Origin: an uncultured Candidatus Entotheonella sp.
GTDB taxonomy: Bacteria > Tectomicrobia > Entotheonellia > Entotheonellales > Entotheonellaceae
Length of the DNA: 64,000 nucleotides
Direction of reading: 5' to 3'
NCBI GenBank assembly: GCA_965217185.1
Contig: OZ244252.1
Coordinates: 96,001-160,000, forward strand
The notes under the pieces are model-generated. The model had not been told where the DNA came from, made no database searches, and saw only the letters and a program-made list of their open reading frames with translations. Below, piece after piece: positions 18,444-28,514 of this stretch. Position 1 is the first letter of the stretch. The number at the start of each line of letters is the position of its first letter. Made by a program: the position numbers and the translations under genes.

Positions 18444-19547
18444 ATGCGCGCAAAGGCCGCCATTCTCTACGAAGCTGGTACGCCCCTACGGTTTGAAGAA
18501 GTCGAAGTCGCCCCGCCGCAAGCCGGTGAGGTGCTGGTGCGGTTGTACGCCGGTGGCGTGTGCCACAGCGACCTGCACGTCATGAAGGGCGATCTGCTGA
18601 TGCCCATGCCGATCATCCTGGGGCACGAGGGGTCGGGCGTGGTCGAGGACGTCGGCGCGGGCGTCAAATCGGTGCAACCCGGCGACCACGTCATTCCTAT
18701 CTGGCGTGTTTCCTGCGGCACGTGCGAATACTGTACCGGCGGGCGACCGGCGTTGTGCGACGTGGGCACCGAGATGCGCGTCACCGGGCTCATGGCGGAC
18801 GGCACGACGCGCTTTTCCGTGGCCGGCGAGCCGGTACGGCACTTCGCGGGGGTGTCGAGTTTCTCCGAAGTGTCCACCATGCCGGAAGCTGCGGTGCTCA
18901 AGATTCCCAAAGACTTTCCGTTGGACAAGGCGGCGCTGCTGGGTTGCGGCGTGATAACCGGGGTCGGTGCCGTGGCGAACGGCGCGCGAGTCAAGATGGG
19001 CAGCACGGTGGCGGTATTCGGCTGCGGCGGCATTGGGTTGAATGCGGTGCAGGGTGCCCGCATCGTCGGGGCCCGGCGTATCATCGCGGTTGACGTGGCC
19101 GAACAGAAGCTGGACTACGCCCGCATCATGGGCGCGACGGACACCATTAACGGTGCCGACATGGACGCCGTTGCTGCCATCAAGGACCTCACCGACGGTC
19201 GCGGCGTGGATTATGCGTTCGAGGCTATCGGCATCACCCAAACGATCGAGCAGGCGTACGCGGCGACAAAGAAAATGGGTACCTGTGTGGTCATCGGCGT
19301 CACCCGCGCTGACGTGCGGGTCAACATCAACGCCAACGAGATGGTGTATGCCGAGAAGACGCTGATGGGCTCGCTGTACGGTTCGGCGCGGCCCAAGATC
19401 GATCTGCTGCACCTGATGGAGATGTACCGCTCGGGCCAACTGCTGCTGGATGAGCTGCTTACCCGCACCTGGCCGCTGGCGGAAATCAACGACGCCTATG
19501 CGGCGCTCGAACGCGGCGAGGTGGCGCGCAGCCTGGTGCTTGCGTGA
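18444..19547 (+). CDS. Zn-dependent alcohol dehydrogenase (class III-like MDR)
   Basis: AAGGAG RBS. CHSD, GHEG, CxxCxxC...C, LLGCGV.TG, FGCGGIG. Confidence 0.92.
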   Translation: MRAKAAILYEAGTPLRFEEVEVAPPQAGEVLVRLYAGGVCHSDLHVMKGDLLMPMPIILGHEGSGVVEDVGAGVKSVQPGDHVIPIWRVSCGTCEYCTGGRPALCDVGTEMRVTGLMADGTTRFSVAGEPVRHFAGVSSFSEVSTMPEAAVLKIPKDFPLDKAALLGCGVITGVGAVANGARVKMGSTVAVFGCGGIGLNAVQGARIVGARRIIAVDVAEQKLDYARIMGATDTINGADMDAVAAIKDLTDGRGVDYAFEAIGITQTIEQAYAATKKMGTCVVIGVTRADVRVNINANEMVYAEKTLMGSLYGSARPKIDLLHLMEMYRSGQLLLDELLTRTWPLAEINDAYAALERGEVARSLVLA

Positions 19548-19597
19548 GCCGCGCCGCCGTAACTCGCTGAGGTATTTTCGGAGGACACCCACCCGCC

Positions 19598-21265
19598 ATG
19601 CCTGCCGACATTCGACAGACGATGCGCCGACGCCTGCTGGCTGAACGCGGCGCGGTCGTAAAGGAAGCCGGTGCCGTGCGCCTGCGCTTCGCGTTGGCGT
19701 ATCCGCACACCTACCATGTCGGCATGTCGAACCTGGGCCTGCAGACGATCTACCGGCTCGTCAACCGGCGCCCGGACACCCTGTGCGAGCGCGTATTTTT
19801 GCCTGACCCCGCCGACATCAGCCGCCACGGCTATGCCGACGCACCGTTGTTTTCCGTTGAGTCGCAGCGACCCGTCCGTGACTTTCACCTGGTCGGCTTT
19901 TCGGTGTCGTACGAGAACGATTACCTGCATCTGCTGCACATGCTGGCCATGCTCCGTATCCCGCTGCTGGCCGCCGAGCGCGATGAGCGCCACCCGCTGA
20001 TCCTCGTCGGCGGCGCCGTCACCTACATCAACCCGGAGCCCTTAGCCGATTTCGTCGATCTGATGATCGTCGGGGATGGCGAGGACGCGCTCAACGAGTA
20101 CCTGGACTTGGCGCACGATACCCTTGGCCAGCCGCGCCGCGACCACCTGCGGCAGGCGGCGGACATCCCCGGCGTCTACGTTCCGGCCCTGCACGACCGG
20201 TCCGGGGACGTCGGTCCCATGCCGCCGCGCAAAATCGCCGATCTGGCCCAATGGCCGGCGTATTCCACCGTTCTTACCGACGAGACCGAGTTCAGCGGCT
20301 CGCTGCTCGTCGAGATCACGCGCGGCTGTCCCTTCAAGTGCCGGTTCTGCACGGTTGGCTACGTCTATCCCAAGTTTCGCCAACTGCCGGGTGAAACGGT
20401 TCTCGACATCGTGACCGCCCAGCAGCGGCGCGACCGCGATAACGGCCTGCCGCCGGTCGGCAAGGTGGGCCTGATCAGTTCCGCCACCGGCGATTACCGC
20501 GCCCTGCCCACGGTGGCGCAGGGGCTGGTGGACATGGGTGTGGCCATCGGCATCTCGTCGCTGCGCATGGACCGTATGCCCGACGTGTTGATCGACTGCA
20601 TGGTGCGCAGCGGCGTCCGCTCCTGCACCGTTGCTCCCGAGGCGGGCTCCGAACGCCTGCGGCAACTCATCCGCAAGGAAATGAGCGAGGCGGTCATTCT
20701 CGAAGGTGCGGAACGCCTGCTGGCCCACGGCATGCGCGACCTCAAGCTCTACTCCATGATCGGCCTGCCCACCGAAACCGACGATGACGTGCAGGAATTG
20801 CTGTCTCTGGTCTTCAAAATATGGGCGCTCATGAAACGCTACGGCCGCCCCCGCGGCGCCCTGGGAACCCTGACCCTGAGCGTCAATCCGTTCATCCCCA
20901 AACCCGCCACGCCCCTGCAATGGTGCGCCATGGCTCCCCAGCGCGAGGTCAAGGCGAAACTTCACACCCTACGCCAAGCCCTGCGCCGCGAATCGTCCAT
21001 CCGCCTCCACCACGGCAGCCTCAAGGACGACTACCTTGAAGCCGTCCTCGCCCGCGGCGGCCGCCAACTCGGCGCCTTCCTCCTCGAAACGCACCGTCAA
21101 CGCGGCAACTGGCCCCGCGCCGCCAAAGCCCTCGGCTTCGACGTCACCGGCTGGGTCTGCCAACCGATGTCTCGTGACGCCATCCTGCCCTGGGATTTTC
21201 TGGAAACCGACCGCCAACGCCAGCGCCTGCACCGTGAGCATGACCGCGCGATGGCCGTGCTGTAG
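19598..21265 (+). CDS. Radical SAM protein with B12-binding-like N-terminus (TIGR03960-like)
   Basis: YP..Y.VGMSNLG, CERVF, EITRGCPFKCRFC, APEAGSERLR, FIPKPATP, LPWDFL. Confidence 0.85.
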   Translation: MPADIRQTMRRRLLAERGAVVKEAGAVRLRFALAYPHTYHVGMSNLGLQTIYRLVNRRPDTLCERVFLPDPADISRHGYADAPLFSVESQRPVRDFHLVGFSVSYENDYLHLLHMLAMLRIPLLAAERDERHPLILVGGAVTYINPEPLADFVDLMIVGDGEDALNEYLDLAHDTLGQPRRDHLRQAADIPGVYVPALHDRSGDVGPMPPRKIADLAQWPAYSTVLTDETEFSGSLLVEITRGCPFKCRFCTVGYVYPKFRQLPGETVLDIVTAQQRRDRDNGLPPVGKVGLISSATGDYRALPTVAQGLVDMGVAIGISSLRMDRMPDVLIDCMVRSGVRSCTVAPEAGSERLRQLIRKEMSEAVILEGAERLLAHGMRDLKLYSMIGLPTETDDDVQELLSLVFKIWALMKRYGRPRGALGTLTLSVNPFIPKPATPLQWCAMAPQREVKAKLHTLRQALRRESSIRLHHGSLKDDYLEAVLARGGRQLGAFLLETHRQRGNWPRAAKALGFDVTGWVCQPMSRDAILPWDFLETDRQRQRLHREHDRAMAVL

Positions 21266-21478
21266 TACGGGGAGAGGGCGGAACCTTCGAGAAATTCTGG
21301 TTCCAGAGGTACCAATACGTGAGGTTTCTCCGGGAGTTGACTGGGAAAAATGCCGGGAGATAGAAGAGGTAGACCAAACGGCTCAAGCCTTTTGATCTCG
21401 ATACGGCTATTGTGGATACGGGCTTACCAGAGGCACAACTATGTAAGGAAGCTTAAGAAGGAACCGTAATGGGCAGTC

Positions 21479-23531
21479 TCATTTGGAAGGAAGGCCAAGT
21501 CGATCAAAAAACGCCCGGTTCCTTTCTTTCGCAGAGACCACAAGACCGTCGAAAGAAATCACCTGTATGTACGCATTGTAAGCTTCATTTCCATGGTAGC
21601 CGAAATAACCCAGTCCATCCGCGGTTTTCTGCAGTTGATGGTACGCACAGCAACTGATCAAATGTGCAGTAAGATCGGCTAGCACATAGACAAAACCAGG
21701 TATGTTCTCTGCATTTGGAATTGGCCTCCCTGCTATTGTCGAAGCTCCCTCACGTAGCTGTTTCAAATAACTTAATCCCTGATGTATTGGATCTTTCTCC
21801 TCACCCTCTCCAGGTTTAAAGTCCCTTCGCATAGGTTTTTTTGATCTCAATTACCGTAATCGATGCTTGTTGTAGACTTTGCTCGCCGAACAAAAGTGGT
21901 GTGTCAAACAAGTTTAAAGAGGCAACGTCAGGCCTTTTGCGGGTTGTGTTCCCAGTTGTCGGATTAGTTGAAAGAGGTTTGTCCGACGCAAGATAATGGT
22001 GAAACGCTAGTCGTTCATCGACCAACCAGAGATTTTGATGACGGAACTTATCGTCCGATGATGTCACGCCTCTGGGAACAATCAGATCATGAATTACGTC
22101 CTCTCGAGAGAACGTGCCGTCATGTTGCTGCTTGATCGCGCATTCCAGGAGATCTAAGACCACCCGGCGATGGGCCACATAACTGGCCAGATCGGACTGT
22201 TTAAAGTCCTCCGCCTTATCCAGATATTCATCCAACCTTGTCTTATAGTCGTCTATGTCTTGAACAGCAGGGCTATTCAAGAGGTCATGTCCTTCCTCAA
22301 GGAGCTTTTCCTCTAGGAGGAACGCTTCCTTATGTAGGAGTAAATCAAGGTCTTTATCAGCGATGTTGGGATCGATCGCCAAGGTCTTTAATGGAATGTG
22401 ACGTAGCAATGGTCTGTACTTTGGCGCTTTTTTTGACACGAAATTATTCACTTTCTCTTCTCCATCTCGAATTACTTCTTCTAGACTATCTTTCAAGAAA
22501 GTACTGATGCAGGGCAACAATGACTGACGAATGTCGTCATAAGAAATCTCTGTAGCGGCATATAAATTATCAGCCTCCGTAGTCTCGGTTAAATTGAAGT
22601 CTAGTCTCTCATTAGTAACCCTATCGTCCAAGAATTTACTCGTGAGGTACGCCATATAAGTGAACTCGCCATTGCCGTCCGATAATGCGGCGAAAAGTCC
22701 AGGAATCTTGCCTTTCAGCGGTTCCTCTTTTACCAATCGTCCCGCTGCGCAGTAACCTAGGCAATGCGGTCTACTGCGGGCGACTCTTATCTTGACGTGG
22801 GTCAACTCGAACTCTTGCTTTTTAAGTACTATTGTGTCAGTTGAACTCGAAGAATGTATATACCGGTCAAATAATTCATAAAGGTCCATGATCTGGTTGC
22901 CGTCATATACTCTGATCCTTGGAACTCCTTCCGTTCTAATGAAATACCACAGACAATGCTCAAGGATGCCAGAAGCTATTTTGTCAAAGGTCTTATAGGA
23001 ATGTTTAGAAAATCTATCCTTAAATCCCTGCAAATGAACCTTAGTTGATATCCGCTCGGCGTCTTGAATAGTAGGTTCTGAAGTGGATATTTCTTTGGAG
23101 ATGTTGAAGTTAAACCTTCGTCTCAAGATTGTGCCATCCTGATTGTAACTTGAATCTATGGCGACATTATCGAAGGCCTTCAACCACAAAACACGTCCTA
23201 TGCCACGGCATCCTTTGTCTAGTTTCTTTAGGCTGTCAAGTGTGTTAAATGATGTCCAGTTGTCGTCAGTGAATCCTATTCCGTTGTCGGCGATCCTAAA
23301 ACTTGTTATCTCCGGTTCTGGACGCGGACCTGGCTTTATCTCTAATGAAATTTGGCCGTCTCTTATAATCTCAACATCAATCTGATATTCGGAAAGAGGC
23401 AATTGCTTGATTGCATTCAATTCTTCTATCGACTCTATTGAGTTGACAACAGCTTCATAGACGGGCATCAAGCCCTTGCTGTGGGGGAGGTGTATGTTAC
23501 GAAGCCGTCCCTCAAGTGAGCTGTCCATCAT
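21479..23531 (-). pseudogene. GHKL/HATPase ATPase fused to a C-terminal PD-(D/E)xK nuclease, frameshifted at an A7 run (21836-21842)
   Basis: EAVVNSIE, DNGIGF, GCRGIGR (GHKL motifs). RPD...VIEIKK. Removing one A joins the two ORFs as EIKKPMRR...DPIHQGLSY. AT-rich. Confidence 0.8.
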
Positions 23532-23573
23532 CGTCAGTCTCCTATCTCGGTATTGAGGCCAGATAGCCAAGCC

Positions 23574-23595
23574 ATGTTAACCGACAAGTTAACAT
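23574..23595. promoter_or_regulatory. Palindromic operator candidate
   Basis: atgttaac-cgacaa-gttaacat, about 43 nt upstream of the GHKL-nuclease start. Confidence 0.4.
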
Positions 23596-23688
23596 AGTAT
23601 TTGCCATATGACCCGTTGGTAGGACGCTAGCCCACGGACCACGCACTTGGCACAGACCTTCTGGCAATCTTATTCAGCTAAGCAAGGC

Positions 23689-24972
23689 TCAAAACAAGTC
23701 ATCCAGTTCGCGGTAGTCGGGCGGGGTAGTGTCGATGGCTCGGCCATCGCGCAATACGATGCGGCGGCTCTGCGGGCGGGACAGGACTTCGTCAAAGGTG
23801 CGGCCCTCGCAGATGATGAGGTCGGCTTTGGCACCAGCCCTGATGACGCCGGCTTCAAGACCCATGACGGCTGCCGGCGTGCGAGCCACCGCAGCGGGCC
23901 AGTCGCCGATGGGGCGGTCGAGGTGGGCAATGCGTACCGCTTGGGTAAACGTTTCCAATAAATCCATATCCCCGTAGCCGTAAAACGGATCACGGGTGTT
24001 GTCGCTGGCCAAGGCGGCGGCAATGCCGCAGGCGCGCATCTCGTGCAGCAGGGTGACGCCGCGGAGGCGTGGCGTGCGCTGCGGCTGGCGGTCCTGCAGA
24101 TAGAGATTGCACATCGGCTGGCTGGATATGCTGACGCCGGCGGCTTTCAGCTTGCGCAGGGTCGCCGCGACGATCTTGTCAGCCTGAACCGACAGGCTGC
24201 AGCAGTGGCCGGCGTGGACCTTGCCGGGAAAGTCCAAGGCGAGGTCGGCGATGCGGTCGAGGCTGCGCGATTCGGGGTTGAGGCTTTCGTCGGCGTGAAA
24301 GTCGAGGTCCAGCCCGCGTTCGCGCGCCAGACGGAAAACTCTCCGCAGGTCGGTGTCGAGGGTGGGGGATGCGTCGGTCATGACGCCGAGCACGCCGTCC
24401 GATTGCGCCACCAGGTCGGCCAGTTCGGTGGCGAGCGGCTCGACCAGTTTCTCAAGTGCGATCAGGCAGACCGGCTGCAAGTGTATTCTGCCGGCCCAGC
24501 GCCGTCGCAGGTTGCAAAACACCGGCCAGGAGATGGCATCCTGAGGCGGTTCGGAGTTGAGATGGGTGCGGATTGCCACCGTGCCGTGGGTATAGGCGCA
24601 GCGCAGCGAGAAATCCATGCGCCGGGCGACGTCCTCGGCAGTCCAGTAGCGCCTGCGGTCTTCGGCGGCAGCGGTGAGCGCGCCCATGAAGGTGCCGTCC
24701 GGATTCTGGGTGCGCGGCCAGATGTGGCCTTTGTCCAGGTGGGTATGCACGTCGATCAGGCCCGGCCATACCATGCTGCGGTCGAGGTCAACGCTGTCGG
24801 GCGCTGGGGCGGTGGTTCCGGCGGGGCGAACTGAGGCAATATGGCCGTCGGCAACATCAATATCGACCCGGACCAGTTCGTTTGTTGACGCCGGTTCCAG
24901 CAGGCAGCCCGGGACGCTGCCGTTGACCAGCCGGAAGGAGCTACGGGCAGGAATATCGCTTGCACGAATCAT
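23689..24972 (-). CDS. Cytosine deaminase-like amidohydrolase
   Basis: HTHLDKGH, GTVAIRTH, DFHADE, GHCCSL, ASDNTRDPFYGYGD. Confidence 0.88.
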   Translation of the reverse strand: MIRASDIPARSSFRLVNGSVPGCLLEPASTNELVRVDIDVADGHIASVRPAGTTAPAPDSVDLDRSMVWPGLIDVHTHLDKGHIWPRTQNPDGTFMGALTAAAEDRRRYWTAEDVARRMDFSLRCAYTHGTVAIRTHLNSEPPQDAISWPVFCNLRRRWAGRIHLQPVCLIALEKLVEPLATELADLVAQSDGVLGVMTDASPTLDTDLRRVFRLARERGLDLDFHADESLNPESRSLDRIADLALDFPGKVHAGHCCSLSVQADKIVAATLRKLKAAGVSISSQPMCNLYLQDRQPQRTPRLRGVTLLHEMRACGIAAALASDNTRDPFYGYGDMDLLETFTQAVRIAHLDRPIGDWPAAVARTPAAVMGLEAGVIRAGAKADLIICEGRTFDEVLSRPQSRRIVLRDGRAIDTTPPDYRELDDLF

Positions 24973-25123
24973 AGGGGCATTCAGACCTCCACAATAACAC
25001 CGTTTCGCCCTCCCGCTTGGTGTGACAGGGCGCAGTTGAAACAGCTCAAACGAATAGTGCAACAGAGATATAGAAAAGGTCTCACAACGCCAATAAATCA
25101 CCCGAATCTTAGGGAACCAACGA

Positions 25124-26047
25124 ATGGATTCATTCGATATAGACGCGCTATATGCGGCAGTTGCGAAAAATATCCTGATAGAAAGGCAAAGAGGAAACGC
25201 TATTGGAGGGGTCAACAATCTCTCAGCGAAGGGTGACGGCCCCGAGAATGCTATCAGAGCTTGGATTGCAAGCATAATTGGAAATAGATATCGCGTAACC
25301 TCGGGGCATATCGTGCGCTCTGACGGGCGAAAATCGAAACAAATGGACGTGATTATTGTCAGGGATATGGCGACGGCGATAATGTACGGCGGTAAAGAAG
25401 GGGAGGCAGAACTCGTACGGGCGGAATGTGTGGCAGCAGTCGGAGAAGTGAAGAGTAGTTGGTACTCCCACAAGGATATAATTGAAGACTATCAGAATAT
25501 GGTAAGGGAGGTCGAAAGCCTTCAAGAAGGATTGTTAGTTAAAAATCGTCTTCGATTCGGTAAAATATGCAATGAAACAACAATTCAAGAAATGCATGAT
25601 CCAACAACCGGGCGAAAATGGCATAATAAATATTACACGTTTGTCATTGCGCTAGGTATCGGAGAATGCAACCTGAAGAGGCTCGCAAGCGATTTGTTGC
25701 AAGGCGGGATAGCGCCAAGAGATGTATCGATATTAATTCTGGATGAACAACGTGGTGGGGCAATATGCGTTCCCGCACGGACAAAGCAAAATGGTGAAAA
25801 TGTGACTGGAATGCAATGTGAAGTATACAGGAGTTCAGATGAGGAGAATGTAGAAAATACTTGGGTAACACTACAGGACGACGGCGTAGGAAACGAAATT
25901 GCTTCCGGGAGAATGCTTAACCTGTTTGGCGCAGACCTTCAACTTCATCTCAGCACTTGGTCGTACGATTTTCTTGACCCGAGACGTTATGTCAAATTGA
26001 GTGCGGCACTGCGGCGCCGACATCCTCACGAAAAGAATAGGCAATAG
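25124..26047 (+). CDS. DUF6602-like PD-(D/E)xK nuclease-fold protein
   Basis: GDGPE..IR.W, RYRVTSGHIV, SKQMDVII, AECVAAVGEVKS. AT-rich. Confidence 0.65.
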   Translation: MDSFDIDALYAAVAKNILIERQRGNAIGGVNNLSAKGDGPENAIRAWIASIIGNRYRVTSGHIVRSDGRKSKQMDVIIVRDMATAIMYGGKEGEAELVRAECVAAVGEVKSSWYSHKDIIEDYQNMVREVESLQEGLLVKNRLRFGKICNETTIQEMHDPTTGRKWHNKYYTFVIALGIGECNLKRLASDLLQGGIAPRDVSILILDEQRGGAICVPARTKQNGENVTGMQCEVYRSSDEENVENTWVTLQDDGVGNEIASGRMLNLFGADLQLHLSTWSYDFLDPRRYVKLSAALRRRHPHEKNRQ

Positions 26048-26185
26048 GTCAAGAATGGCCGCTGGTTTATCTTACTGAAAAGTCGGAATCTATGACCTGA
26101 TTTTTTTGGAAGCCTATTGCCCGACGCTTCTGCCGGAAATACCTTCACGCCGTAGCCGTGCCGTCTGCTTTGCAAGGGAAAGAAG

Positions 26186-28514
26186 ATGCTGAGGTTATCC
26201 GAACAGGAAAAGCAGGACATCATTCGGTATCTGGAGGCGGACAGGCCGTTGCCGGACAAGTACCGCTTTCTGTTGTTCGAGGACAAGCGCGAGGTGGAGC
26301 TGGTCTGGAATGGTAAGAGCAACGAAGTGTGCAACGTCGTGCTGCCTTTTCAGATCATCGAGCACGTGGATGAGCCGCGGGCGGAAAAGCCGGAGGACAC
26401 CTCACCGCAGGGCGCGCTGTTCGACGCTCGCGGTCGGCAACTCAAGGGTTGGACCAACAAGCTCATCTGGGGTGACAACAAGCTGATTCTGTCGTCCTTG
26501 AAGAATGGGCCGCTGCGGGAGGAGATTGAACAGCAGGGCGGCCTCAAGCTGATCTACATTGATCCGCCGTTCGACGTGGGCGCGGATTTTTCGATGGATA
26601 TCGAAATTGGCGGCGATACCTTCACGAAGAAGCCCAATATCCTGGAGGAGATCGCCTATCGCGACACCTGGGGCAAGGGCGCCGATTCGTTCATTGCCAT
26701 GATTTACGAGCGACTGACCCTGATGCGAGACTTACTGGCAGAGGATGGCAGTATTTATGTGCATTGCGATTGGCGGGTAAATAGTTACGTTCGTTTGGTA
26801 CTAGATGAGGCGTTTGGGCTGAATAAGTTACAAAATGAATTGGTTTGGCAGAGAACGAATGCCCACAATATGAAGACTAAAGGTTTCATTCGCTCGAATG
26901 AAACACTTTGGTATTACACTAAATCGGAAAATTTCACATACAATGAACATTATACTCAATACAGTAAAGAACAGCTTTCACGATACAAAAGGGATAAAGA
27001 TGGTCGTCTGTTTACAGGAAGAGATCTTACCTTTTCAGGAAAAAGTCCTTCCCGGCAGTTTGAATGGCGCGGGGCAAAGCCCCCGGAGAGCAGATGTTGG
27101 GGTGCAGATCTGGAACAACTTGAGAGTTGGTGGGACGAGGGGAGAATTCTTCTCAAGCAAGACGGAACTCCTAGACTGGATGGATTGAAAGTTTATCTTG
27201 AGGAGACCAAAGGCAAAAGACTAACAGCAAATTGGACCGATATTGGTCGGGTCGGAAACACTGCCGATGAACGAATAGATTACCCTACCCAAAAGCCCGA
27301 AGCGCTACTTGAACGCATCATCAAAGCCTCTTCCAACCAAGGCGATCTCATTGCCGACTTTTTTTGCGGCTCTGGCACCGTGGCAGCGGTAGCCGAAAAG
27401 CTGGGCCGCAAGTGGATTTGCGCCGATCTCGGCAAATTCGCCATCCACACCACCCGCAAGCGCATGATCGGCGTGCAACGGCAACTCAAGGCGGACGGCA
27501 AGACCTACCGCGCCTTTGAGGTCCTCAACCTCGGCAAATACGAACGACAGCACTTTGTCGGCATCAATCCCAGCCTGCGCGAGGAAGAACAGCAGCAACA
27601 ATTGGCGGCGAAGGAAGCGGCCTTCCTCGACCTGATTCTCAAAGCCTATCGCGCCGAAAAACTCGAGCATTTCGCCGCTTTCCACGGCAAGAAGGCCGGG
27701 CGGCTGGTGGCGGTGGGGCCGGTGAATCTGCCCGTCACGCGGTTGTCCGTTGAGGAGATCATTCTGGAGTGCCGTAAGAAACGCATCACCAGGGTAGACA
27801 TTCTCGGTTTCGAGTTCGAGATGGGCCTGTTCCCCAACGTGCTGGACGAGGCGCGCAGCAAAGGCATCGATATTGCCCCGAAATACATCCCCGCCGAGGT
27901 CTTCGACAAACGCGCGGTGGAGAGGAACCAAGTCGTTTTCCACGACGTGGCGTTCATCGAGGTCAAGCCGCACGTAAAACCGGGCCGGAAAAATCAGCCG
28001 GCCACGGTAGCGGTCGAACTGACGGACTTTTCCGTGTTCTACTCTCAGGACCATTGCCGGGGCGGAGGCCGCCCTGTCTGGCAACAAGAAGGCCGGTAGC
28101 AGGGTGGTGGTCGAGCAGGGCCAGGTCGTGAAGGTGAGCAGGAACACGGACGGTGCCGTGAGCTGTGAAGTCCTGACTCGGAAGTGGACGGACTGGATTG
28201 ACTACTGGTCGGTCGATTTCGACTTCGAGAGCAAGCGTGAGATCATCCACGTCAAAAGCGAGCTTTCCCCTGATGAACAGGCGGCCTTCCAGGATATGGG
28301 CGACACCCAGCAAAAGCTGGTGGGTTGGGAAGAGCAATGGACGGGTGACTATGTATTCGAGAACGAGTGGCAGAGCTTCCGTACCAAGAAGGACCGCTCA
28401 CTGGAACTGATCAGCGTCGCCCACGAATGCCCGCCCGGCCGGCATAAGATCGCCGTCAAAGTCGTGGACATTTTCGGCAACGACACCATGACGATTGTGG
28501 AGGTGGAGGTGTGA
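26186..28514 (+). pseudogene. mod: Type III RM Mod (N6-adenine methyltransferase), frameshifted near 28052
   Basis: LIWGDNK, YIDPPF, YPTQKPEALL, DFFCGSGT. The downstream frame IAGAEAALSGNKK...DWIDYWSVDF...VKVVDIFG continues the Mod C-terminus. Confidence 0.85.

Noticed and set aside
17866..21265. Cys-rich peptide plus radical SAM as a ranthipeptide/sactipeptide cluster
   Set aside because: The radical SAM lacks a SPASM/RRE region, is on the opposite strand beyond an ADH gene, and the peptide has a Sec-type signal.
21266..21478. Possible gene remnant at the left island edge
   Set aside because: Only short interrupted frames with no recognisable motif.
24973..25473. Long N-terminal extensions given by the ORF track (deaminase to 25473; likewise phzF to 42552)
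   Set aside because: They overlap divergent genes or promoters. Family-consistent starts lie at 24972 and 42240.
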